From Candidatus Hydrogenedentota bacterium (GTDB lineage Bacteria; Hydrogenedentota; Hydrogenedentia; Hydrogenedentales; SLHB01), in NCBI GenBank assembly GCA_963745075.1, contig CAVUWV010000012.1, forward strand, positions 96,001-160,000: DNA of 64,000 bases, in the 5' to 3' direction. The notes under the pieces were generated by a model. It did not search any database and was not told where the DNA came from. It saw only the letters and a program-made list of their open reading frames with translations. Each line of letters begins with the position of its first letter. Position 1 is the stretch's first letter. This document shows, piece by piece, positions 9,879-19,193 of the stretch. Both the position numbers and the translations under genes were made by a program.

Positions 9879-11698
9879 ACTGGCAGTTGACGACCAAGAT
9901 CGGAAAACGTAAAGGGGCGAGTTGGCCGATCGGGGAAGGCGCGCTGCTAGTGGGCCGCTCGAAGCGGTGCGACGTGACGGTTCCGGACCCTCACGTATCG
10001 CGCGAGCAGTTTCGATTGATTCAGCGTGACGGTAAGGTCCTGCTCGCACACCTCAGCGCGAACCATCCCACATTGGTGAATGGACGAACCGTGTCCGAAG
10101 TCGTCGTCAATCCCGGGGACGAGATCAATGTGGGGAGTGTGACGTTTATCGTCACCGTCATGAGTGAAGACGAACAGGTTACTCCAGGACTCCTAGATGC
10201 TCACACGCCGGTAACGATGCCGGTGCGTCCGGGTTCCGTGGTGGAACTCTCGGTCGCCGGGGTCGCGCCTCAGGCGAAACCGCGGGATATTCGCGATCTC
10301 GCTACCTTGCACGATCTCGCCATGCAACTTGGCGCTCATTGCACCGAGGCCGAAACGATAGAAACGGTTGTCTCGTTCATCGTACGCAACGTCGCGGTAT
10401 CGGCGTGCTACTGGTTGCGTTCCGATCCGGCGGGTAGTTTGACGGTCGTCCATCCCCCAAATCACGAACTAAGTGAATCGTTGATAGGTGTTGTGCAGGA
10501 AGAACTAAAATCGGGATTGGCCTTGGCACGAACCGTACTTGCGACGGAAGGGGATGGGCCGGAGCGCGATGTCTTCTTTGTGCGGTTTTGCGTGCGGAAC
10601 AACTCGTTTGATCTGGTTTGTCTGGAGTGCGAGCGGCCGTCATCGTTCGACGGCGATTCGGATATCGGATTTGTGCTGGCGATTCTCCGAACGGCCGAGC
10701 CGTATCTGGCGAACGTTGCTAACCCGACCACGGAAGTGGACGCGCTCGCACGCGATACCGAATTGGAAGAAGAGAATTCGCCGCTGGTGGGTCGAACCCC
10801 GGGAATCAAACAGGTGCGCAGGGTTCTTGCCATGGCGGCACGTGCCGAGTTGCCCGTCCTTATCCAAGGTGAGACCGGCACCGGAAAGGAGCTTGCCGCG
10901 CGGCTCCTGTACCAGCTGTCGGCGCGAAGCGATAAGCCTTTGATTGCCGTCAACTGCGCCGCGCTACCGGATTCATTATTTGAGAGCGAGTTCTTCGGGC
11001 ATGAAAAAGGCGCCTTTACCGGCGCGAGCGCTGCGCGGGATGGACTCATGAAGCAAGCAGATGGGGGCGTTTTGTTTCTCGATGAACTTCCCAGCCTCAG
11101 CTTGCAAAACCAAGCCCGATTGCTCCGGGCCATTGAGACCGGCGCTTTCCGGCCGGTCGGCGGTCGGGCCGAAGACTACGCGGACGTATGGGTGATTGCG
11201 GCGTCAAATCGCGACATGTACGATGCCGTCGCGAAAGGCGAGTTCCGGGAAGACTTGTATTACCGGCTTCGGGCTATCGACATTGTGATTCCTCCGCTTC
11301 GCGAACGGAGGGAGGACATCCCGTTGCTCGCGGAGAAATTCATGGAAGAATTCGCCCGGCAAAAGAATACATCTGCGCCTACTTTGGGAAAGAAGGAGTT
11401 TGCGTATCTCAAGTCGCTGGCTTGGCCGGGCAACGTCCGGGAATTGCGCAATCGGATGCAGACCCTGGTTGCCCTGCATCCGGGCAAGCGAATCTTGGTG
11501 GACGATTTGCGTAGCCTGGTGCAACCTTCGTCTCCGTTGCCCGACAGTCTTGAAGAAAGCGTTCAGAACGCAGAGCGCGACTATATCAGCCGTGTGCTCG
11601 GAGAATGCGGCGGGCGCATCTCGACGGCGGCGGAACGGCTCGGAATGCATCGCAATACGTTACGCAAGAAAATGCAGCAATATGGCCTTGGAAAGTAA
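9875..11698 (+). CDS. FHA-domain sigma54-dependent enhancer-binding protein (copy 2)
   Basis: ATGA overlap with the kinase stop; FHA-like [45 protein letters not shown]. Confidence 0.92.
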   Translation: MNWQLTTKIGKRKGASWPIGEGALLVGRSKRCDVTVPDPHVSREQFRLIQRDGKVLLAHLSANHPTLVNGRTVSEVVVNPGDEINVGSVTFIVTVMSEDEQVTPGLLDAHTPVTMPVRPGSVVELSVAGVAPQAKPRDIRDLATLHDLAMQLGAHCTEAETIETVVSFIVRNVAVSACYWLRSDPAGSLTVVHPPNHELSESLIGVVQEELKSGLALARTVLATEGDGPERDVFFVRFCVRNNSFDLVCLECERPSSFDGDSDIGFVLAILRTAEPYLANVANPTTEVDALARDTELEEENSPLVGRTPGIKQVRRVLAMAARAELPVLIQGETGTGKELAARLLYQLSARSDKPLIAVNCAALPDSLFESEFFGHEKGAFTGASAARDGLMKQADGGVLFLDELPSLSLQNQARLLRAIETGAFRPVGGRAEDYADVWVIAASNRDMYDAVAKGEFREDLYYRLRAIDIVIPPLRERREDIPLLAEKFMEEFARQKNTSAPTLGKKEFAYLKSLAWPGNVRELRNRMQTLVALHPGKRILVDDLRSLVQPSSPLPDSLEESVQNAERDYISRVLGECGGRISTAAERLGMHRNTLRKKMQQYGLGK

Positions 11699-11729
11699 TA
11701 CCAAGTGCAACGGCAGGAATCCTGGTGCA

Positions 11730-14522
11730 ATGCAAGCGCGTCGCGTCGCGCTATGTGGATGGATGACGTTCGTGCTGACACTGTCTTGGGGATTCCATAC
11801 TTTCGGGACTGCGATCGCGCAAGACGCTCGCGTGAATCAGGCCCAGTATTCCGTCGCGCTTCAACCGAACCCGGGTTCCAAAATCCACCGGATCATCTCA
11901 TCCGATCGGTACGTATTCTTCTGGGCCGACAACGGGTATTGCGGGGTTGAACTCTGGAAATACGATCCCGTGAACGGTGAAGTCTCGCTGGTTTGCGACA
12001 TCAATCCCGGTTTGTCGGACGGCATATACGCGAACGATTGCGTGGTTTGGAAAGGCGTTCTCTATTTTTCCGCCGCGGACGGCGTCCACGGAATGGAGCT
12101 ATGGCGGAGCGACGGAACGGAGGAAGGAACCTGGCTCGTCAAAGACATCAACGAAATTCGTGACCAGGGGTCCAAGCCCGAGTTGTTCCAGATTCTTAGG
12201 AATTCGCTGATCTTTTTGGCCGACGACGGCGTGCACAACGTTGAGCTTTGGCGCTCGGATGGAACGGCGAAGGGGACTGCCCTTCTGGCAGATATCCAAC
12301 CCCCGAGTTTGGGTAAAGGCACGTTCAATGCGGTCGCGCCATTCGGCGATTTCGCGTTGTTCAGGGCGGCTTCCAAGGCAGACCTGGGAGAACTCTGGCG
12401 AACCGATGGCACGACCGAGGGGACCCACCAAATCGTCGTGGACGAATTGGACATGGGGGCTTTCCAAGGCCCTATCGTGCCCTTGGGGCAGTGCGCCGTG
12501 TTTGTCGGCAAATCACCGGGCGCAGGCGCGGAGTTGTGGCGAACGGACGGAACCCCGGAAGGCACATTTCTGGTGCGAGACATCCGGTCGGGTCCGGCGG
12601 ATTCCAATCCCGCAGACCTTACGGTATTCAAGGGGCGAGTCTTCTTCAAAGCGCAGGACGATAGTCATGGCGCCGAACTTTGGTCGTCCGACGGCACACT
12701 CGAAGGCACCGTGCTTGTCAAAGACATGGTGCCCGGTGGAGAAAGTGGAGAACCGGCCCCGTTTCGCGTTGCGGGTAATTGGATCTTCTTTGTGGCATCA
12801 GACCCGGAGCACGGCCGGGAACTGTGGGTGTCGGATGGAACCGGGGAAGGTACGCAACTTCTCCTGGATGTCATGTCAGGACCCGAAAGTAGCGATCCCT
12901 ATTCGCTTACACCCTTCGGCAATCGCTTGCTGTTCAGCGCGAAAAATCGGGGTATTGGCGAGGAACTCTGGATCAGTGATGGCACGCCGGACGGAACGGT
13001 GCCCGTCAAAGACATTCATGCGGGACCCGAAAGCTCTGAGCCCTATTGGCTGTGTGAACATCAGGGGCGGGTGTATTTTTCAGCCGACGACGGAATACAT
13101 GGTCAAGAACTTTGGCGGACGGACGGGACCCCGGAAGGGACCAGCCTGCTTGCCGATATTGCATGGCCGTACACGCCGCCACCCAGTGCCGATCCTGTAT
13201 TGATTACCGAAGGTCCCGACGGCGCGTACTTCATCGCCCGAGGGGAAGACCAACGCTGGCGTCCCTGTTTTAGTGATGGAACGTGGAATGGCACTTACAT
13301 GTTCCAAGACGCCCCGGCGTTGCAGAAGAAGGATGCCTACTATGCATTGCTTCCCGTAGATGATGGACTCTTTCTGGCGATGAAGGGACCCGATGGACGG
13401 GCGGCAGTGTGGTTCGTGTCCCGAAATCCATTCGGCTCACACGTAGTGGCGCAACTGGGTCTTCGTTCGGCTTCACCGCGACAGGGGCTGCTAATCGCCG
13501 CAGGCGACACGGTCTATTTCCCGGGATATGAGGAAGGCTCCGGCGAGGAATTGTGGAGTGCGGACGTGCGCGGAGACAACGCCGCGTTGGTGCAGGAGAT
13601 TAACCCGGGTGCGTCCGGCTCGTTTCCCGACAATCTGGTGCGGTGGAACGACCTGCTGTGCTTTACCGCCGCCTCCGAAAAATACGGAGAAGAACTATAC
13701 ACATGGGACGGCAACACGGTTCGCATGCTGGCCGATATCAATTCAGGTGAGGCCGGGTCCAATCCCGCGAATTTGCTCCCCAGGTCTAACGGCCTGTACT
13801 GGACAGCCAACGACGGCGTTCACGGTCCTGAAATCTGGATATGCGAAGACCCGGGCGAGCGTCCCCGCATGGTGGCCGACATAAATCCTGTACAGGACGC
13901 GCATGCAATCCCGCCGGCTCACCTCACGCCCGATGGAGAGGTACTCTACTTTGCTGCCGATGACGGCGTTCACGGGACTGAACTTTGGAAAACGAAGGGT
14001 ACGCCTGATTCCACCGAATTAGTCAGGGATCTTTTCTATGGACCGGCTTCGTCGAACCCGAACAACTTGTGCGCGTCGGAGAACCGCCTGTATTTTGCCG
14101 CGGAATCCTTGGAACGAGGCATCGAACTCTACGAGACCGACGGCACGCAGGAAGGCACTTTCCTCGTGCGCGATATGGTCGTAGGGCAGGGCAGCGGGTT
14201 TCCTCACGCGCTCGTGGCGTATGGTGGCCATGTCGTCTTCTGGTCGCAGTGGGAGAGTGACGGTCAGCCGCGCAACCCCCTGGCATTCTGTTGGATCGAC
14301 GGTCGTGACGTTCGCAGCGCCTCGATAGGACTGAATGATCTTGTTGCCGATCCTTCCGATTTCACGCGTGTCGGCGATACCCTCTTTTTCAGTGCCTATA
14401 GCCCGGGCCTGGGCCGTGAACTGTGGAAGTTGCAACGCTGGGGCCCCGACTCTTTCCATTGTGAGCCGGTGAAAGATCTCCGTCCCAACCGCCGCAACGT
14501 CATCCCCGCCCCGCCGCGGTAA
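11730..14522 (+). CDS. Secreted ELWxxDGT-repeat beta-propeller protein (copy 2)
   Basis: Signal-like N-terminus MQARRVALCGWMTFVLTLSWGFHTFGTAIA; about 18 ELWxxDGT-type repeats, some degenerate. Confidence 0.9.
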   Translation: MQARRVALCGWMTFVLTLSWGFHTFGTAIAQDARVNQAQYSVALQPNPGSKIHRIISSDRYVFFWADNGYCGVELWKYDPVNGEVSLVCDINPGLSDGIYANDCVVWKGVLYFSAADGVHGMELWRSDGTEEGTWLVKDINEIRDQGSKPELFQILRNSLIFLADDGVHNVELWRSDGTAKGTALLADIQPPSLGKGTFNAVAPFGDFALFRAASKADLGELWRTDGTTEGTHQIVVDELDMGAFQGPIVPLGQCAVFVGKSPGAGAELWRTDGTPEGTFLVRDIRSGPADSNPADLTVFKGRVFFKAQDDSHGAELWSSDGTLEGTVLVKDMVPGGESGEPAPFRVAGNWIFFVASDPEHGRELWVSDGTGEGTQLLLDVMSGPESSDPYSLTPFGNRLLFSAKNRGIGEELWISDGTPDGTVPVKDIHAGPESSEPYWLCEHQGRVYFSADDGIHGQELWRTDGTPEGTSLLADIAWPYTPPPSADPVLITEGPDGAYFIARGEDQRWRPCFSDGTWNGTYMFQDAPALQKKDAYYALLPVDDGLFLAMKGPDGRAAVWFVSRNPFGSHVVAQLGLRSASPRQGLLIAAGDTVYFPGYEEGSGEELWSADVRGDNAALVQEINPGASGSFPDNLVRWNDLLCFTAASEKYGEELYTWDGNTVRMLADINSGEAGSNPANLLPRSNGLYWTANDGVHGPEIWICEDPGERPRMVADINPVQDAHAIPPAHLTPDGEVLYFAADDGVHGTELWKTKGTPDSTELVRDLFYGPASSNPNNLCASENRLYFAAESLERGIELYETDGTQEGTFLVRDMVVGQGSGFPHALVAYGGHVVFWSQWESDGQPRNPLAFCWIDGRDVRSASIGLNDLVADPSDFTRVGDTLFFSAYSPGLGRELWKLQRWGPDSFHCEPVKDLRPNRRNVIPAPPR

Positions 14523-14595
14523 ACACGGTCTCCCCGATCGACGTTATCTTCCATCGCTCGCCACCCGTTCGTTTTCAAACCCGGTCTGTCGGGGG

Positions 14596-14665
14596 ATGCA
14601 CTCTTTAAAGTGCATTCGTGGCGCGCGGACTGTGCGCTTCCCAATGTGCGCACTTTCCCGATGCA
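14596..14665. promoter_or_regulatory. Candidate enhancer (UAS) sites for a sigma54 activator
   Basis: Perfect inverted repeat ATGCACT-N6-AGTGCAT (14596-14615) and related TGCGC-N8-GTGCG (14633-14650), 75-130 bp upstream of the -24 element. Confidence 0.5.
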
Positions 14666-14722
14666 TAGTGTAACTCTCATGCAGCGCTAATCTTAGATTG
14701 CGATTGGTTCTCATCTCGGGCA

Positions 14723-14739
14723 TTGGCACTTCACTTGCT
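14723..14739 (+). promoter_or_regulatory. sigma54 -24/-12 promoter for the PQQ-propeller gene
   Basis: TTGGCACTTCACTTGCT, a near-consensus TGGCAC-N5-TTGC. Confidence 0.8.
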
Positions 14740-15019
14740 CTCCTACCGTTGCAAGGCGTCCTTATCAATTTGCGCGTAACACGCGGAGGTGGCCCCTGTG
14801 GGCGGCAAAGAGCCCGGAGTCACCGTTAACGCGGAACACCCGCAGCCGGCGGTAATTTAGGCGAACGTCACCGCCACGGGAGGGAGGTGATTCTCACTGG
14901 GTGTGGGTAACGGCGAGGAGGACGTAAGAGACTTGTGTTTTGGAAACGATTGAAAAAGCGCGCACCACGTGGGGTGGTGTGTGTCCAACTACGAGAATCT
15001 CGGAAATGAGGAGGAGACT

Positions 15020-18000
15020 ATGCGATCGAGATTGTATGGCTATGTTGCTGTAGCCGCTGTCGCGTGTTTCGTCGGCTACGCGCTGTGCGACAGTGCGTAC
15101 GGCGACCCGTATCCAATGTTCGGGCACGACGCTCAACACACGAATTACGTTCCCGTCCCGGCCCCATTGGTGGAGCCGGATGTGCTATGGACGGCAACCA
15201 CCGGTGCTTCCGACCTCGTTGGCGGCATTGCGATGAGTCCCGTTGTGGACGATGCGGGGAACACGTTTGCGGCGTTCTTCCATACGGGCAACGACGTTGA
15301 GTATATGGTCGCTATCGACCGCTTCGGTGTAGAGACGTGGCGTGCGGGAATATCTGCCCCCGGGGCGAATCTCAGCAGCCCGTTGCTCGTAAGCGGTGAC
15401 TTGACGTGGTTCATTCAGCAGGGGTGGCTTGTTTCGCTAAACCAGGAAACGGGGGCCGTCAACTGGGCGGTGTATCTTGGCGGCCGCTCGATTTCCTCTC
15501 CCGTGGTGGACAGTGCCGGGAACATTTATGTCGGTGGAAGGCAGGACGGTGGCTTCTACAAAGTGGACTCCGCAACCGGTGCCGTGATTTGGGAATACGT
15601 GGTGACCGGCGGCGCCAGTTCCTCGCCGGCCTTGTCGCTCGATGAAGGAACCGTCTATATCGGCCGGAATCCGAATTCAACCTCGCCCGGCCTCCATGCC
15701 ATTGATGCCGCCACGGGCGCTCTCAAATGGATCTTCAATCCGCCGGGCACCGACTTGGGGTGGACTTCGCCGATGGTCGGAGCCGATGGCACCATCTATC
15801 AGCAGGAAGACTTTACCGGAATCTTGCATGCGCTCCAGGACGACGGCACTTCGTATACCGAGAAGTGGTCATTCGACCCGCTCAATTACAGCGAACCGCC
15901 GCGGATCGCCGCCACCGACGGAAACACGATCTACGTCATCTGCAATACGCCCGAACATACCGTCGTTGCGTTGAACCCGGACGGAACGGAGCAGTGGCGA
16001 ACGTTGCTCGGAGCCAACACCACGTGGGTCAGTGCCCCGCTCGTAACCGATGAGGCTGTGTACATCGTGCGGGAAGGCATGGGCGATATCGCGTGCTTGA
16101 ACAAGAGTGACGGATCGTTCGTGTGGCAGAAACAAGTTGCAACCACCAATTCATGGTTGCTCGCGGCGATTGGCATAGACGGCATGCTCCACGTGACGGC
16201 CTCGGAGCCCCTGGCGGACCCGACGCAGCCTGGTGTGATTGCACTGCGCCAGACGTATCCGGGATTGGCCGACAGTGCCTGGCCCATGCTGGGAAAAGAT
16301 GCGCAACATTCGGGGAACACGGACCGGTTGGGGCCGCTGAGCGAGCCCTGGGTGAAGTGGGAAGCGCACCCCGGAATTCCGTATGCCTATTGCTGGTCCC
16401 AACCTGTACTCGATGAAGACGGCAACCTCTACGTGACGGTTGGGCAAGCGAGCCCCGTCGCAGTGGCAGACCGGGGAGAGTTCCTCTTCTCGTATGATTC
16501 CGATGGTGTTGAGCGCTGGCAGAATGGGCCGCTGCCGACGCGAGGTCCGGGTCTCAGCATCCCGGCCGTCTCAGCCTATAGCAATATCATCGCGGGACTG
16601 CGTTATGGCGCGGTCGCCGCTTTCGAACGAACCGGCGGTCTTCTTCTGGGCTCCGTGTGGGTTGGCGAGAATATGATTTCGTCCCCCGCGATCGCACAGG
16701 ATGGCTACCTCTATGTTGGCGGTCGGAAAGCGGACAACGGCTTCTACAAGGTGAGCCCGGTAGACGGAAGTATTGTCTGGAAGCACGCCCTCGATACAGG
16801 GACCGCGGCATCGCCGGCGTTGTCTCTGGATCAGAGCACCGTGTACGCCGCCGGCAACGAGCCGGGGGATATCAACACGCTTCATGCGATTGACGCGTGG
16901 GACGGCACCGTCAAGTGGACATTCACCCTCACGGGGAGTGGTGGCTTCGGATGGGCATCCCCCGTGGTCGGGCCGGATGGCACTATCTATCAGGAAGACA
17001 GCGACGCGGGTGTCATGCATGCCTTGGTCGACAATGGAGCCTCGTATACCGAAAAGTGGTCCTTCGATACAGCCCGGCCAGGCGATTCACCTCGTGCGCA
17101 GGCCGTCGACGATGATACCGTCTATATCGCGACGGTTGGCCCCGATGCCTTGGTCTATGCCCTCGACTTCAACGGCGTGGTCAAGTGGAACACCATGTTC
17201 CCCGGTGTGGGCTTGATTGGCGTTCCGGTGGTTACCGACGAGGCGGTCTACGTAATCCTGGAGGACGGACTTGGTGGCCGGGTCGTTGGTCTCAATGCGG
17301 ACACCGGTGCCGTGCTGTGGGATAAGCAGGTCGGTTCGTCCGACGCCAGTGCGAGCGAACTCACGCTGGGCGACAACGGCGTGTTGTATTGCGCCATGTA
17401 CGGTACGGACACGCATCCCGATGAGACGACCGTCTTCGCATTGGCGCCCAACAACCCGCCCATCGCCGACGCAGGGAGCGATCAGACGCTCGAAGCGACG
17501 AGTGCCGACGGCGCGTCGGTGGACCTTGACGGCTCGGCCTCCAGCGATCCCGATTCGGCCCAGGGCGACAGCCTGACCTTCGAGTGGTTGGAAGGCGGCG
17601 ACGTGATTGCGACCGGAGAGACGGCGCAGGTTACCCTGCCGTTGGGCACGCACGCAGTCGTCCTGCGTGTCACAGACTCGCGCGGTGCGACTGACGAAGA
17701 TACTGTCGAGATCACGGTGCAGGACACGACCGCTCCGACGTTATCACTAAGCGCTTCGCCCCACTGTCTGTTCCCGCCGAACCACAAGATGGCGGATATC
17801 GCGATCGCTGCAACGATTGACGATGACGGGGATTCGGCGCCGGTACTGACCCTTCTGTCCGTAACCAACAACGAAGGCGACGATATGGTTGATGGCGGTG
17901 ACGGCAACACGACGCACGACATCCAGAATGTCGAGCTTGGTACGGCGGACGTTGCGGTTTCCCTGCGCTCCGAACGTCGAGGCAATGGGGATGGCCGTAT

Positions 18001-18133
18001 ATACGAGTTGACGTACCGCGTCACGGACGCATCGGGGAACTCGACCGTTCAAAGCGTGATTGTCGACGTACCACACGATGCGTCGGGCCACGTGTGCGAT
18101 AACCCGGACTGCGATCTGAATAACAGCAACTAA
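15020..18133 (+). CDS. Secreted protein with two tandem PQQ-like (BamB-type) beta-propellers, a PKD domain and a C-terminal Ig-like domain
   Basis: RBS GAGGAGGAG; signal peptide; two units starting YPMFGHDAQHT and WPMLGKDAQHSG with SSP/W repeats; PIADAGSDQT PKD motif; PPNHKM..RSERRGNGDGRIY tail. Confidence 0.85.
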   Translation: MRSRLYGYVAVAAVACFVGYALCDSAYGDPYPMFGHDAQHTNYVPVPAPLVEPDVLWTATTGASDLVGGIAMSPVVDDAGNTFAAFFHTGNDVEYMVAIDRFGVETWRAGISAPGANLSSPLLVSGDLTWFIQQGWLVSLNQETGAVNWAVYLGGRSISSPVVDSAGNIYVGGRQDGGFYKVDSATGAVIWEYVVTGGASSSPALSLDEGTVYIGRNPNSTSPGLHAIDAATGALKWIFNPPGTDLGWTSPMVGADGTIYQQEDFTGILHALQDDGTSYTEKWSFDPLNYSEPPRIAATDGNTIYVICNTPEHTVVALNPDGTEQWRTLLGANTTWVSAPLVTDEAVYIVREGMGDIACLNKSDGSFVWQKQVATTNSWLLAAIGIDGMLHVTASEPLADPTQPGVIALRQTYPGLADSAWPMLGKDAQHSGNTDRLGPLSEPWVKWEAHPGIPYAYCWSQPVLDEDGNLYVTVGQASPVAVADRGEFLFSYDSDGVERWQNGPLPTRGPGLSIPAVSAYSNIIAGLRYGAVAAFERTGGLLLGSVWVGENMISSPAIAQDGYLYVGGRKADNGFYKVSPVDGSIVWKHALDTGTAASPALSLDQSTVYAAGNEPGDINTLHAIDAWDGTVKWTFTLTGSGGFGWASPVVGPDGTIYQEDSDAGVMHALVDNGASYTEKWSFDTARPGDSPRAQAVDDDTVYIATVGPDALVYALDFNGVVKWNTMFPGVGLIGVPVVTDEAVYVILEDGLGGRVVGLNADTGAVLWDKQVGSSDASASELTLGDNGVLYCAMYGTDTHPDETTVFALAPNNPPIADAGSDQTLEATSADGASVDLDGSASSDPDSAQGDSLTFEWLEGGDVIATGETAQVTLPLGTHAVVLRVTDSRGATDEDTVEITVQDTTAPTLSLSASPHCLFPPNHKMADIAIAATIDDDGDSAPVLTLLSVTNNEGDDMVDGGDGNTTHDIQNVELGTADVAVSLRSERRGNGDGRIYELTYRVTDASGNSTVQSVIVDVPHDASGHVCDNPDCDLNNSN

Positions 18134-18628
18134 CGAGCAGTCGTAGTGGACCCCGCCCCTGGAACCATGGTTTCGGGGGCGGGCCCACTTCGATACCCAG
18201 TGGCACGTTCGCATGCCGACCGGGCTTCACGTGAACCGAAAGCGCCACTAGCGATGACCGGAAGGCTCGACAGAACGAAAAGGGATACGTTGTGAAGCAC
18301 TTGACAAGGAAACTGACACGCTGGTGGTTGCAGGTGCGAAGCCAGAATCTTTGGAACCAGCGTCGTGACACGCCGCAACTCGCAAGCGTCAACTGCGGTA
18401 CGACAACCGATAGGCGAAATCCCGAAGCGCCTCCGTCCGAGGCTTCGGTACATTCGAACCCGGTGATTCTCGCCGCGCTACGGGCCACGGTGTCGGCACG
18501 AGAAGCGGCGATTCGTCTCCATGCAGATTTGCCCACCGAGGAGTAAGCGTAATCTCCGATTGCACGTTGACCCGACGCCGTAGGCCGTCGTCGAACCCGC
18601 CCGTGCTTCGCGTCACCCCGATGTCGAG

Positions 18629-18853
18629 TTACCCGTATGCTCGCTGGACTACAAAAAAGAGGACCACGAGAGCCACGCCCAGCAACGTCGAGAGCCACGC
18701 GCTGTAAACGATGCACGGTACGATCGTCAGCGCGATACCGAACGCCAGGGGGACCGGTTCCCGCTGTTTCCATCCGTAGAGGGCCATCGCCGATCCCGCG
18801 CAGGTTTCGATCAATGCAACAAACATCCAGCTTCCGGTCATCTCGCCAAACAT
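18629..18853 (-). CDS. Small hypothetical membrane protein
   Basis: 74 aa with 2-3 hydrophobic segments and a YGWKQ motif; RBS-like GAGAGG upstream. Confidence 0.6.
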   Translation of the reverse strand: MFGEMTGSWMFVALIETCAGSAMALYGWKQREPVPLAFGIALTIVPCIVYSAWLSTLLGVALVVLFFVVQRAYG

Positions 18854-19193
18854 AAGGCCTCTCACTCGTCACCACTTGATGAAGGTGCTCAGATAGAGCA
18901 TCCTGGGGTGCCGTCACCAGAGACGTCAGCGTATCAAATCGAGGCGCAATGTAACGAATTCAATAGCAAAGCCACTCGTGGGGCTCTTGATGGACTGCTT
19001 TGCTTCACGGGCTCTTTGAGCGGAAGCCATTTGGGCCGGCGGGTCCTGCGATTCCTCCGCTCCGTACCGCGTTCACGTCTGTGAAATTCGTGAGTTGGGG
19101 ATCGATCGAAGCCGGATTGAAAACGCCGACCGAAACCGCACATCATTGCCGGCAGGTCCGGTGCGGAACGTAGATTAGGAGTGAGTATACGTC

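Noticed and set aside
14790..14880. c-di-GMP-I riboswitch
   Set aside because: GGCAAA is present, but the GNRA loop/receptor and P2 consensus cannot be matched.
18151..18183. Intrinsic terminator after the PQQ-propeller gene
   Set aside because: Strong hairpin but no U-tract on either side.
18201..18216. TGGCACGTTCGCATGC as a sigma54 promoter
   Set aside because: Spacing is GG-N11-GC; sigma54 requires N10.
18292..18546. 84-aa ORF with a possible RBS
   Set aside because: No recognisable motif; could not be distinguished from a chance ORF.
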